The translations under genes and the position numbers were made by a program. Below are positions 55,755 through 64,000 of a stretch of 64,000 nt of DNA, piece by piece. This stretch comes from Verrucomicrobiota bacterium (GTDB lineage Bacteria; Verrucomicrobiota; Verrucomicrobiia; Limisphaerales; Palsa-1400). The notes beneath the pieces are model-generated. The model saw only the letters and a program-made list of their open reading frames with translations. It had not been told where the DNA came from and searched no databases. The number at the start of each line of letters is the position of its first letter. Position 1 is the stretch's first letter. Where the stretch lies: the NCBI GenBank assembly GCA_049510745.1, contig JBEKYR010000015.1:1-64000 (forward strand). Reading direction: 5' to 3'.

Positions 55755-57220
55755 CCGCCCAAGCACCCGCCACCAAAGCCAGCGGCGCCTCGGCGCTGCT
55801 GGCTTCCGTTTCGCCCCATCCGCCCCCGGCGCAGCCATCCGCTCCGCAAGATTTTTCCGCTGTCATCTTACGGGCTGTCACCTCCCAGACCGCGGATTTG
55901 GGCTTGCCCCATCCGCCTCCGATCCAGCCATCCGCCCCGCAAGACTCTTCTACTGTCATTTTACGGGCGGCCAACTCCCAAGCTGCGGATTCGGACTCGC
56001 CGGCGCAGAAATCGACCGACCCCACCGCGCCCGCCCAGGGCAAGGCCGCCAGCCCGGACGCCGCCGATCCAGACCCGTCAAGCCTGCTGCTGGCATTGCT
56101 GGCCCAAGCGCTGCCTGTTCCCCCGCCACTTCCGGAGGGCCACGAATCGGTCGTGCCAAAACCCGCCAGTCTCACCACGGAGGCGACCACAGCCGAACCC
56201 GCCGACTTGGTTCCGAAACAGGACGCCGCCGAGGGAAACCCGGCCAAAACCGACCCTAAGAATTCGCCTGCCCAAAAGACTTTGGCATCAGCCACTGAAG
56301 AACCTTCCGCCCCAACCCCAAAACCCAGCCACAGCAAGGAAAGCATACTGTCATATGACAGCATGACTCATTTGACCTCTCCGACCTCTCCGACGTCTTC
56401 AGCCTCTTCCGGCCCAACCCTGAGACTCCCCCCCGGCAAGGCGGATTCCGGCGTTGCCGAAGAAAAACCGCCGGTCGCATCCCCCCAGCCCCAGGCGCCG
56501 GAGAAGGCCGACGGCACCGAGGCACCGCCAACTGGCACGTCCGCTGCTACGAGTAATCCGACAATGAATTTTAGAGCTGAAAGGAACGAAATTGCCGGGC
56601 CGACAGAGCAAAAGTTGCCGCCCGCCGCTGTGGGTGCCGTGACGGCTGTCAATGCCGGTGGCTCGATTGGCCAGCGGAAGGCAAAACCGTCCCTTGATTT
56701 CACGTGGCACGACACGCCGGCCCAGGATTTGGCCATGATTGATCCTTCCGCGAAAGCCGTCCTGGCGGCGCGCGAGACCGGGGCCGCCAGTTCTCCCGCG
56801 ACCGGGCAATTGGCCCAAATCGAGCAGTTGATTTCGCGCGAAGTGGTGATCATCCGGGAAAAAGGGGCCGACAGCCTGGGAGTTTCGCTGAAGGTCGATG
56901 CCAACACGCAGCTTTTCTTGCAGTTGACAAATCACAACGGCCAGTTGCAGGCCTCCCTGCGGTGCGAACGGGGCGATTTTTCCGCCCTCGACACCCAGTG
57001 GACGCAGTTGCAGCAGGCGCTGGCGCGACAGAACGTGCAGTTGATGCCGCCGGGCGCCGGCGCCAGTTCAAGCTCTCAGCAGCCATCAGACCCTCAGCAG
57101 CGCCGGCTTCCGCAATCCCGCGAAGAGGCGCCGGCGGCCAACGTGGCCGTTGAGCCGGCACAATCCCGCACACCGAAACATCGAAACCGTTCCCGGCAAC
57201 GCTGGGAATCCTGGGCTTAA
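55751..57220 (+). CDS. fliK: Hook-length control protein
   Basis: Pro/Ala/Ser-rich N-terminus, compact C-terminal domain, precedes flgD. Confidence 0.7.
   Translation: MTAQAPATKASGASALLASVSPHPPPAQPSAPQDFSAVILRAVTSQTADLGLPHPPPIQPSAPQDSSTVILRAANSQAADSDSPAQKSTDPTAPAQGKAASPDAADPDPSSLLLALLAQALPVPPPLPEGHESVVPKPASLTTEATTAEPADLVPKQDAAEGNPAKTDPKNSPAQKTLASATEEPSAPTPKPSHSKESILSYDSMTHLTSPTSPTSSASSGPTLRLPPGKADSGVAEEKPPVASPQPQAPEKADGTEAPPTGTSAATSNPTMNFRAERNEIAGPTEQKLPPAAVGAVTAVNAGGSIGQRKAKPSLDFTWHDTPAQDLAMIDPSAKAVLAARETGAASSPATGQLAQIEQLISREVVIIREKGADSLGVSLKVDANTQLFLQLTNHNGQLQASLRCERGDFSALDTQWTQLQQALARQNVQLMPPGAGASSSSQQPSDPQQRRLPQSREEAPAANVAVEPAQSRTPKHRNRSRQRWESWA
56533..56548 (+). promoter_or_regulatory. 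Internal sigma54 promoter within fliK
   Basis: TGGCACGTCCGCTGCT with GG-N10-GC spacing. Confidence 0.55.
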
Positions 57221-57232
57221 CCCTTCCATCTT

Positions 57233-57646
57233 ATGTCGTCATCCATCTCCTCTGTTTTGCCGTCCCAAAGCCTCAACCAGGCGGACTTTCTCAAACTGCT
57301 GGTCACGCAAATGAGTTCGCAGGACCCGCTCAATCCGCAAAGCGATACCGCCTTTGCCGCGCAACTGGCCCAGTTCAGCGCCCTGCAGTCGTCGCAAAAC
57401 ATGGAGGGTGATTTGCAGACTTTGCAGGCCGACTCTCTCATCGGGCAAACCGTCACTCTCACGCCTTCCACCGGCGCCGCCCAAGTCAGCGGCGTTGTCA
57501 GCTCGGTGCAAATCGCCTCGGGCACGCCGGAGATCGTGGTCAACGGCCAGACCTACACTTTGAGCCAGGTGGCCGCCGTCGCTCCGACCGTGTCCACCAG
57601 CACAACCCCAACGAACAGCGCCACTCAATCCTCAACTCAGAAATAA
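57233..57646 (+). CDS. flgD: Hook-capping protein
   Basis: FLKLLVTQMSSQDPLNP, QLAQFS. Confidence 0.95.
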   Translation: MSSSISSVLPSQSLNQADFLKLLVTQMSSQDPLNPQSDTAFAAQLAQFSALQSSQNMEGDLQTLQADSLIGQTVTLTPSTGAAQVSGVVSSVQIASGTPEIVVNGQTYTLSQVAAVAPTVSTSTTPTNSATQSSTQK

Positions 57647-57655
57647 TAACACACT

Positions 57656-58498
57656 ATGCTTACTTCACTCAGCTCAGGCGTCAGCGGACTGGATGCCTTC
57701 CAGCAGCAGATGGACATCATTGGCAACAACATTGCCAACCTCAACACAACCGGCTTTAAAACCGCCACCGGCAATCTGGTGGACGCCTTCAGCGATACGC
57801 TGCAAGCCGCCACCGCTGCCACCGGCAGTGTCAGCGGCACCGACGCGATGCAAGTTGGAACCGGTGTGACCACCGCTTCCATCACCAACAATTGGTCGGA
57901 AGGGGCGATCAACTCCACCGGCGTGACCAGCAACCTGGCCATCAACGGCAATGGATTCTTCATGGTGCAGGATCCAAGCAACAGCAGCGCCCAATACGCC
58001 ACCCAGGACGGCACTTTCAGCGTGAACTCCAATGGGTTCTTGGTGACCTCCACCGGCATGGACGTGCTGGGCTATAACACGACGGCCCTTTCCGCGACAG
58101 GCCCCATCAAGATTGACACCACCGGCTCCAGTTCGACGGCCGCCATGACCTCCTACACGATCAATTCCCAGGGCGTTATCACGGTCAATCAAGCCGACGG
58201 CACCTCGTTCACCCGCGGTCAGATTCTCCTGCAGAACTTCGTCAATCCGCAGGCCCTGAGCAGCGTGGGCAACAATCTTTATTCCAACATGGCCAACGCC
58301 GGCCCGCTGGCCGCAATGGCCACGCCCGGCTCCAGCGGCTTGGGCACCATTCAATCCGGCGCGCTCGAATTGTCCAACGTCGATCTTTCCGCCCAGATGG
58401 CTAATTTGATCACCGCGCAGCGCGGGTTCGAAGCGAACTCCAAGATGATCACGACCAGCGATGAGTTGCTGCAAGACGTCGTGAACATGAAACGTTAA
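57656..58498 (+). CDS. flgE: Hook protein, short form
   Basis: GNNIANLNTTGFK, LAINGNGFF, LELSNVDL, QRGFEANSK; after flgD. Confidence 0.85.
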   Translation: MLTSLSSGVSGLDAFQQQMDIIGNNIANLNTTGFKTATGNLVDAFSDTLQAATAATGSVSGTDAMQVGTGVTTASITNNWSEGAINSTGVTSNLAINGNGFFMVQDPSNSSAQYATQDGTFSVNSNGFLVTSTGMDVLGYNTTALSATGPIKIDTTGSSSTAAMTSYTINSQGVITVNQADGTSFTRGQILLQNFVNPQALSSVGNNLYSNMANAGPLAAMATPGSSGLGTIQSGALELSNVDLSAQMANLITAQRGFEANSKMITTSDELLQDVVNMKR

Positions 58499-58509
58499 TT
58501 CCTCGTCTT

Positions 58510-59109
58510 ATGCCGGACAAAACCGAACCCCGCACCGGCGGACGCCTGGAGGCGCCGGCCGAAGAGCCCACCCCCGAGGCTCCGGCGGCCAAACCGCCGG
58601 CTTCGGGCAAAACGTGGCTGCCCCTGCTCATCACCGTGGTCGCCATGCCCATGCTGGCTTATGCCACCACCAAGTTTGTCCTGGTGCCGCAGATGAAGCG
58701 GGCCTTGGCTCAATCGACCGCCGCCCCCGTCGAATCCGCCGCCGCCACAGGCGGAGGCGAAAGCCACGCCACGGCCAGCGACGGCAAGACGACCATCGAC
58801 GGCAAGACCAAGGTCACCGTCCCGTTGAGCAAAATCCTCGTCAACGTCGCCGGCACGATGGGCACGCGCTACTTGATGACCAGCGTCACCCTGGTGGGAA
58901 CGGACCCGAATCTGAAGAACGCGATCGATCAAAACAAGGACCAACTCCTGGACCTGGCCACCGGCACCCTCTGCACCAAAACAATTGCCGACCTGGAAAA
59001 GCCCGGCGCGCGCAACGTCATCCGCGCCGAACTGATGACCATTTTCAACAACGCCCTGGGCGGACCCGTCATCAAGGAAATTTACATCACCGAACTGGCC
59101 ATTCAATGA
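58510..59109 (+). CDS. fliL: Flagellar basal body-associated protein
   Basis: TM + ILVNV....TRYL...IYITELAIQ. Confidence 0.88.
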   Translation: MPDKTEPRTGGRLEAPAEEPTPEAPAAKPPASGKTWLPLLITVVAMPMLAYATTKFVLVPQMKRALAQSTAAPVESAAATGGGESHATASDGKTTIDGKTKVTVPLSKILVNVAGTMGTRYLMTSVTLVGTDPNLKNAIDQNKDQLLDLATGTLCTKTIADLEKPGARNVIRAELMTIFNNALGGPVIKEIYITELAIQ

Positions 59110-60050
59110 CTCAGGCGCCCAATCCACCACCCGCCGCCACCCCGCCGGCCTGCGAAAGCCAGCCCCCGCCCGTGGCGGTTCAGCCTTTGGACCTGCGCGC
59201 TTCCTCACTGCTCTCTCCGCGCCAGTTGCGGGCTTTGCGGGCGCATGAGGAGCAGTTTCTTGACGCGGCCAGCGCGCGGGTGTCGCTGTTTCTGCGCTCG
59301 GAATTCCCGCTCAAGCTGGCCTCCATCCAGGTCGTCTCCTACCAAAAGCTGACCGAAACCTGGGCGGCGCCGGCCCATTTGACTCTTTTCAAGACCGAGC
59401 CGTTGCGCGGCGTTTCAATTCTTGACATCGAGGTGCCCCTGGCCCTGGCCATCGTGGACCGCCTCATGGGCGGCCCCGGCAAGGCGGCGGAAACGGCCCG
59501 CCAGTTGAGCGAAATCGAAAGGGCGTTGCTCGACCAGATCGTCCAGATTCTCCTGGAGGAATGGTGCAATAATTGGGCCTCGCTGCGCCCGCTTAAGCCC
59601 TCCATTTTGGGCTGCGAATCCAATGGCCGCTTTCTTCAGACCGCGCCGCCCCAGGCCAGCATGCTGGCTTTTTCCATCGAGGCCTGCTCCGGCGATGGCG
59701 CGGGCCGGATGCAACTGGCCTTTCCCTATGCCGCCCTGGAGCCGTTGCTGCGCCAGCTTTGCCCGGAGGCCGAGCCGGCGGCCCATGCCCCCGCCCCGCT
59801 TCCCCAAGCCTCCACTCAATGGAACCGCGGCCTGGACGATGTCTCCCTGCCTGTCACCGCGGAATGGCGGGAGATGGAACTTTCCGCGCGGGATATTCTC
59901 CACTTGAAGGTCGGCGACGTTCTTCAAGTCGGCCCGCAACTGGCCCGGCAGGTTTCGCTGCGGCTGGGCGAACTGCCCAAATTCAACGGCCGCCTCGGCA
60001 CCCTCGGCGGCGCTTGGGCCGTGGAAATCACGCAACCGATCCACCTCTGA
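59106..60050 (+). CDS. fliM: Motor switch protein
   Basis: Start reassigned to ATG 59106; DRLMGGPG, SpoA-type C-terminus. Confidence 0.88.
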   Translation: MTQAPNPPPAATPPACESQPPPVAVQPLDLRASSLLSPRQLRALRAHEEQFLDAASARVSLFLRSEFPLKLASIQVVSYQKLTETWAAPAHLTLFKTEPLRGVSILDIEVPLALAIVDRLMGGPGKAAETARQLSEIERALLDQIVQILLEEWCNNWASLRPLKPSILGCESNGRFLQTAPPQASMLAFSIEACSGDGAGRMQLAFPYAALEPLLRQLCPEAEPAAHAPAPLPQASTQWNRGLDDVSLPVTAEWREMELSARDILHLKVGDVLQVGPQLARQVSLRLGELPKFNGRLGTLGGAWAVEITQPIHL

Positions 60051-60054
60051 TTTT

Positions 60055-60318
60055 ATGGATGCAAAACCCAGTCCCGCCCTCAATCTCGATCTGCTCCTCG
60101 ATGTCCGCGTCAAGCTGACCATCGAGCTGGGCTCCTGCCAGATGCCCTTGCGCGAGGTGCTCCAACTCACGCCCGGCTCGGTCGTCAAGCTCGACCAGGC
60201 CGCGCAGTGTCCCGTCAACCTTTACGCCAACCAGAAGCACATCGCTCGCGGTGAAGTTGTTGTCGTGAACGACTGCTACGGCATCAAAATCACCGAACTT
60301 TTTGGAGCCGCCCCGTGA
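60055..60318 (+). CDS. fliN: Motor switch protein
   Basis: LLLDV, ARGEVVVVN..YGIKIT. Confidence 0.93.
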   Translation: MDAKPSPALNLDLLLDVRVKLTIELGSCQMPLREVLQLTPGSVVKLDQAAQCPVNLYANQKHIARGEVVVVNDCYGIKITELFGAAP

Positions 60319-60683
60319 CCAACCTTCCCGCGCTCTCCAGCGGTTTGCCCGACATGGGCGCCTCGCTGCTGCGCCTGGCGGGGGCGATGGCGCTGGTCAT
60401 CGCCCTGTTCCTGGCCGGCGTCTGGCTTGTCAAAAATTGGCAGCGCCTGGCCAGCCGCGGGGGCGCCGCCCCCAAACTCAGCGTGCTGGAGGTCAAATCC
60501 CTCGGCCAGCGCCAGGCCCTTTACGTCGTCGGCTACGAGCAGCAACGCCTGCTCATCGCCTCCTCGGCCACGGGGCTGACCTTGCTCAGCCACCTGCCCG
60601 CGGCGGATGAACCGCCTCCCGAGGCCGCGCCCAAAATGAGTTTCGCCGAAGCCTTCCACCACGTTTTGGCCGGCAAATCATGA
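60315..60683 (+). CDS. fliO: Flagellar biosynthesis protein
   Basis: TM + LGQRQALYVV. Confidence 0.85.
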   Translation: MTNLPALSSGLPDMGASLLRLAGAMALVIALFLAGVWLVKNWQRLASRGGAAPKLSVLEVKSLGQRQALYVVGYEQQRLLIASSATGLTLLSHLPAADEPPPEAAPKMSFAEAFHHVLAGKS

Positions 60684-61474
60684 ACCCTGCCGTTTCCCAT
60701 CCCAGAGGCCCCCTTTTCCGGCCGGTCCCGCCTCCGTGGGGGGTCGCGCTTTTCTTTCTCCTGGCCGCCGTCGCGCCGGCCCACGCCCAGGCCAATTCCG
60801 GCGCGCTGAGCTTGAATATCGGCATCAACGGCTTGAACCAGCCGGTCGATGTCGATGGCGCCATGAAGGTGCTGGCCATCATGACCCTGCTCACGCTGGC
60901 CCCTTCCATCATTCTGCTCATGACCTGCTTCACCCGCATTGTCATTGTCCTCTCTTTTGTGCGCTCGGCCCTGTCCCTGCAAGCGGCGCCCTCCAACCAG
61001 ATTTTGATCGGCCTCTCCCTCTTCTTGACCTTCTTCATCATGGAGCCGGTCTGGGAACGGATCGACCACGAGGCGCTGGAGCCGTACCGCGCCAAACAGA
61101 TCAGCAGCCAGGAGGCGCTGGAGCGCGCCGCCGGCCCGGTGCGCACGTTCATGCTCAAACAGGCGCGGCCCAAGGACGTGGAGCTGTTCGCCGTGCTGGC
61201 CCGCCTGGGGCCGACGCCGGTGGACAAGCTGCCGCTGAAGGTGGTGGTGCCGGGGTTCATCATCAGCGAACTGCGCACGGCCTTCCAGATGGGGTTCCTG
61301 CTCTTTCTGCCCTTTATTCTTATTGACTTGATCGTCGCCACCGTCCTCATGAGCATGGGCATGATGATGATGCCGCCCATGACCATTTCCCTGCCGTTGA
61401 AGATCCTGCTCTTTGTCCTGGTCGATGGCTGGCATCTGGTCGTCAGTTCCATCATCCAAAGTTTCGCCACCTGA
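60680..61474 (+). CDS. fliP: Export gate protein
   Basis: MGMMMMPP.TISLPLKILLFVLVDGW. Confidence 0.97.
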   Translation: MNPAVSHPRGPLFRPVPPPWGVALFFLLAAVAPAHAQANSGALSLNIGINGLNQPVDVDGAMKVLAIMTLLTLAPSIILLMTCFTRIVIVLSFVRSALSLQAAPSNQILIGLSLFLTFFIMEPVWERIDHEALEPYRAKQISSQEALERAAGPVRTFMLKQARPKDVELFAVLARLGPTPVDKLPLKVVVPGFIISELRTAFQMGFLLFLPFILIDLIVATVLMSMGMMMMPPMTISLPLKILLFVLVDGWHLVVSSIIQSFAT

Positions 61475-61478
61475 TTTT

Positions 61479-61748
61479 ATGAACGCCGCTTTTGCCACCG
61501 ACTTGCTCAAGACGATGATGATGGAGGCCGTCACCCTGGCCGCTCCCATTCTGCTCACGGCCATGGTCATCGGCCTGGCCGTGAGCCTGTTTCAATCGGT
61601 CACCTCCATCCAGGAACAAACCTTGACCTTTGTCCCCAAGGCCCTGGCCATCGTCGCCCTGCTCATCGTCCTGATGCCCTGGATGCTGCGCTCGCTGGTG
61701 GAGTATTCGGCGGCCATGATCGGAAAAATCCCGCAGATGGTGCAATGA
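61479..61748 (+). CDS. fliQ: Export gate protein
   Basis: FQSVTSIQEQTLTFVPK. Confidence 0.96.
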   Translation: MNAAFATDLLKTMMMEAVTLAAPILLTAMVIGLAVSLFQSVTSIQEQTLTFVPKALAIVALLIVLMPWMLRSLVEYSAAMIGKIPQMVQ

Positions 61749-61757
61749 ACCGCCGCC

Positions 61758-62513
61758 ATGATCGACCTGACCAACTGGTTGATGGTTTTTTTGCGGGCCA
61801 GTTCCATGCTGGCGGTCTTCCCCGTTTTTTCCGCCCGCAATTTTCCCGTCCAACTGCGCCTGGCTCTCGGCGCCCTCCTGGCCGTGATGGTCGGCGCCAC
61901 CCTGCCCCCTAACGCCGTCCAACCCGCCGATTTCTGGGGGTTGATCGGCCTGATGGCCGTCGAAGTCGGCATCGGTCTGATTATCGGTTTTGCCAGCCGC
62001 ATGATTTTTTTCGCGCTCGAAATCGCCGGCAGCCTGATCAGCGCCGAAATGGGCCTCTCCATTCCGCCCGGCATCAATCCGCTGGCGGATACTCCAATGC
62101 CCGCGCCCTCCACCATCCTTTACTACCTGGCGGCGATGCTCTGGTTGAGCCTGGATATGCACCACTGGATGCTTCTCGGATTCGAGAAGACCTACGCTTA
62201 CCTGCCCATTGGCTCGGCCCATCTTTCCCAGGCCTTCGTGCTGGACATCGTCGGGCGGACCAGCGGCCTTTTCGTCATCGCGCTGCAATTGGCCGCGCCG
62301 CTGCTGGCCGTTTCCTTCATCATCTCGCTGATCTTCGCCGTGCTGGGCCGGGCCGTGCCGCAGATGAACGTCTTTGCCGAAAGCTTTGCCGTGCGTCCGT
62401 TGGTGGGCCTGAGTGTTTTTGGCCTCACCATGGAGTTGATGTCCCAGCATATCGCCAACTATGTCCGCCGTTTGCCCGAAGACATGCTGCGGGTGTCCCA
62501 ATTGCTCCATTAA
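61758..62513 (+). CDS. fliR: Export gate protein
   Basis: Polytopic; RAVPQMNVF. Confidence 0.94.
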   Translation: MIDLTNWLMVFLRASSMLAVFPVFSARNFPVQLRLALGALLAVMVGATLPPNAVQPADFWGLIGLMAVEVGIGLIIGFASRMIFFALEIAGSLISAEMGLSIPPGINPLADTPMPAPSTILYYLAAMLWLSLDMHHWMLLGFEKTYAYLPIGSAHLSQAFVLDIVGRTSGLFVIALQLAAPLLAVSFIISLIFAVLGRAVPQMNVFAESFAVRPLVGLSVFGLTMELMSQHIANYVRRLPEDMLRVSQLLH

Positions 62514-62525
62514 CCCGTCACTCCT

Positions 62526-63608
62526 ATGAGCGAACAAACGGGCGAGAAGACAGAGAAACCGACACAAAAGCGGCTCGATGAAGCGATCAAGAAAGGGCAG
62601 ATCGCCCGCAGCCCCGAAGTCCAGACCGTCTTCGTCCTGGGCGGCGCCCTGCTGGCCCTGGCCTTCACCGGCGGCGAAATGTGGCGCGTCATGGCCGACT
62701 GCCTCACCACGACGTTGAGCCACCTGCACGATACCGCCCTCTCCATGAACGCCATGCAAGGTTACGCCGTCACGGGCGCGTTGACGCTCGGAAAGTGCGT
62801 CTGGCCGGTGCTGGCGGCGACCCTCACCGGCGGCCTCCTGGCGGGCGGCATCCAGACACGCTTCCGCACCTCATCCGAAGCCTTGGACGTCAACTGGGAG
62901 CGGCTCAGCCCCGTCGAAGGGTTCAAGCGCATCTTTTCGATGCGCTCGACCGTTGCCACCGGCCTGGGCATCGTCAAGCTCTCCGTCGTCATTACTCTCT
63001 GCTACGGTGTCATTCGGAGCATTTTAGCCGACCCGATCTTTCACTCGTCGGTCAATGTGGCAAGGATTGCCGCGTTTATGGCAGAATCTTCCTTTCGGCT
63101 CATCCTGCAAGTCGGTGCGGCGCTGATCGTTCTGGCGACGGCTGATTACGGCTACAAACTCTGGCAAACAAGCCAGGACCTCATGATGACCAAAGAGGAG
63201 CTCAAGGAGGAAACCAAAAACACCGAAGGCAACCCCACCATCAAAGCCCAGCAACGCCGCCGCCGCCTGTCCATCAGCAAACGCAAGATGCTTGCGGAAG
63301 TCCCTAAGGCTGATGTGGTTGTGACAAATCCGACCCACATTGCCGTCGCGCTTCGATACGACCGGAAGACCATGAGAGCGCCCCGGATTGTGGCCAAAGG
63401 CATCCGTCTCAACGCCTGCCAAATCCGCGAAATCGCCCAGCAACACCAGGTTCCCATCATTGAAAACAAGCCCCTGGCCCAGCTTATGTTCAAATATGGC
63501 CGGGTGGGTGGCGAGATTCCTGCTCAGTTATATGCAGCCGTGGCTGAAATACTGGCCTGGGTCTATCGCGTCAATGCCTATCGGTACTATCGCGAACAGT
63601 GTTCGTAA
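62526..63608 (+). CDS. flhB: Export switch protein
   Basis: EKTEKPT, NPTH cleavage motif. Confidence 0.97.
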   Translation: MSEQTGEKTEKPTQKRLDEAIKKGQIARSPEVQTVFVLGGALLALAFTGGEMWRVMADCLTTTLSHLHDTALSMNAMQGYAVTGALTLGKCVWPVLAATLTGGLLAGGIQTRFRTSSEALDVNWERLSPVEGFKRIFSMRSTVATGLGIVKLSVVITLCYGVIRSILADPIFHSSVNVARIAAFMAESSFRLILQVGAALIVLATADYGYKLWQTSQDLMMTKEELKEETKNTEGNPTIKAQQRRRRLSISKRKMLAEVPKADVVVTNPTHIAVALRYDRKTMRAPRIVAKGIRLNACQIREIAQQHQVPIIENKPLAQLMFKYGRVGGEIPAQLYAAVAEILAWVYRVNAYRYYREQCS

Positions 63609-63623
63609 CTTTCATCACGCAAC

Positions 63624-64000
63624 ATGGCACAGAGTCCGTCAAAAACGTCCAATGTTGGCCGCCTGTTTAAGAACGGCGACATCTTCCTGATCATCGGCTT
63701 GTTCATCACCGTCCTCGTGATGATCCTGCCCATTCACCCGCTGCTGCTGGACGGCTTCCTGGCCACCAGCATCGCCTTGTCCCTCCTTATCCTGCTTTCC
63801 ATCCTTTACGTCCGGGAACCGGCCGACTTCACCGGATTCCCCACGCTGCTGTTGTTTGTCACTCTTTTCCGCCTCTCGCTCAACATCGCTTCCACCCGCC
63901 TGATTCTGCTGGACGGTTACGCCGGGCATATCATCGAGACCTTCGGCAACTTTGTCGTCCGCGGCAATTACGTGGTCGGGTTGGTTATCTTTTTGATCCT
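63624..64000 (+). CDS. flhA: Export apparatus protein (runs off window)
   Basis: FPTLLLFVTLFRLSLNIASTRLIL. Confidence 0.95.
   Translation, partial: MAQSPSKTSNVGRLFKNGDIFLIIGLFITVLVMILPIHPLLLDGFLATSIALSLLILLSILYVREPADFTGFPTLLLFVTLFRLSLNIASTRLILLDGYAGHIIETFGNFVVRGNYVVGLVIFLI

Noticed and set aside
58614..59105. N-terminal extension of FliM (478-aa ORF)
   Set aside because: Out-of-frame overlap with fliL; real start is the ATGA-coupled ATG at 59106

Overview
GC-rich bacterial window, most consistent with Verrucomicrobiota (inferred from the Ser/Thr kinase + TIGR02999-type ECF pairing and the C-terminal domains of the secreted proteins). (1) 1-1820: truncated Ser/Thr kinase and a GAF remnant. 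(2) ~1877-32508: a ~30.6 kb decaying integrative element bounded by two direct copies of a tRNA-Gly 3' end, with a tyrosine integrase, arm-type repeats and IHF-like sites. It carries an 8-gene defence operon (SNF2 helicase, HATPase-STAS-PIN triad, DUF1156 methyltransferase, DUF499 ATPase, ParB-like protein, Mrr nuclease), a phage-like replication module, two highly structured intergenic regions, broken conjugation/primase genes, and a convergent pyrimidine-modification cluster (ATP-grasp-like protein, 5-hmdU DNA kinase-like protein, two thymidylate-synthase homologues, a catalytically altered dCTP-deaminase fold fused to 2 TM helices, a nucleotide kinase). (3) 32.5-44.6 kb: IS debris, a second kinase paralogue, three tandem BspA-type LRR surface proteins and an ECF sigma factor; a shared TTGCC-N19-GCATTG motif precedes both kinases and the first LRR gene. 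(4) 44.6-49.5 kb: housekeeping genes (mog, moaC, panB, heptose kinase, thiG). (5) 49.8-64 kb: sigma54-driven flagellar operon in which fliG is reduced to a 28-codon remnant, motAB are absent and FliM lacks its CheY-binding helix. All family assignments come from motif recognition by eye, not database searches.
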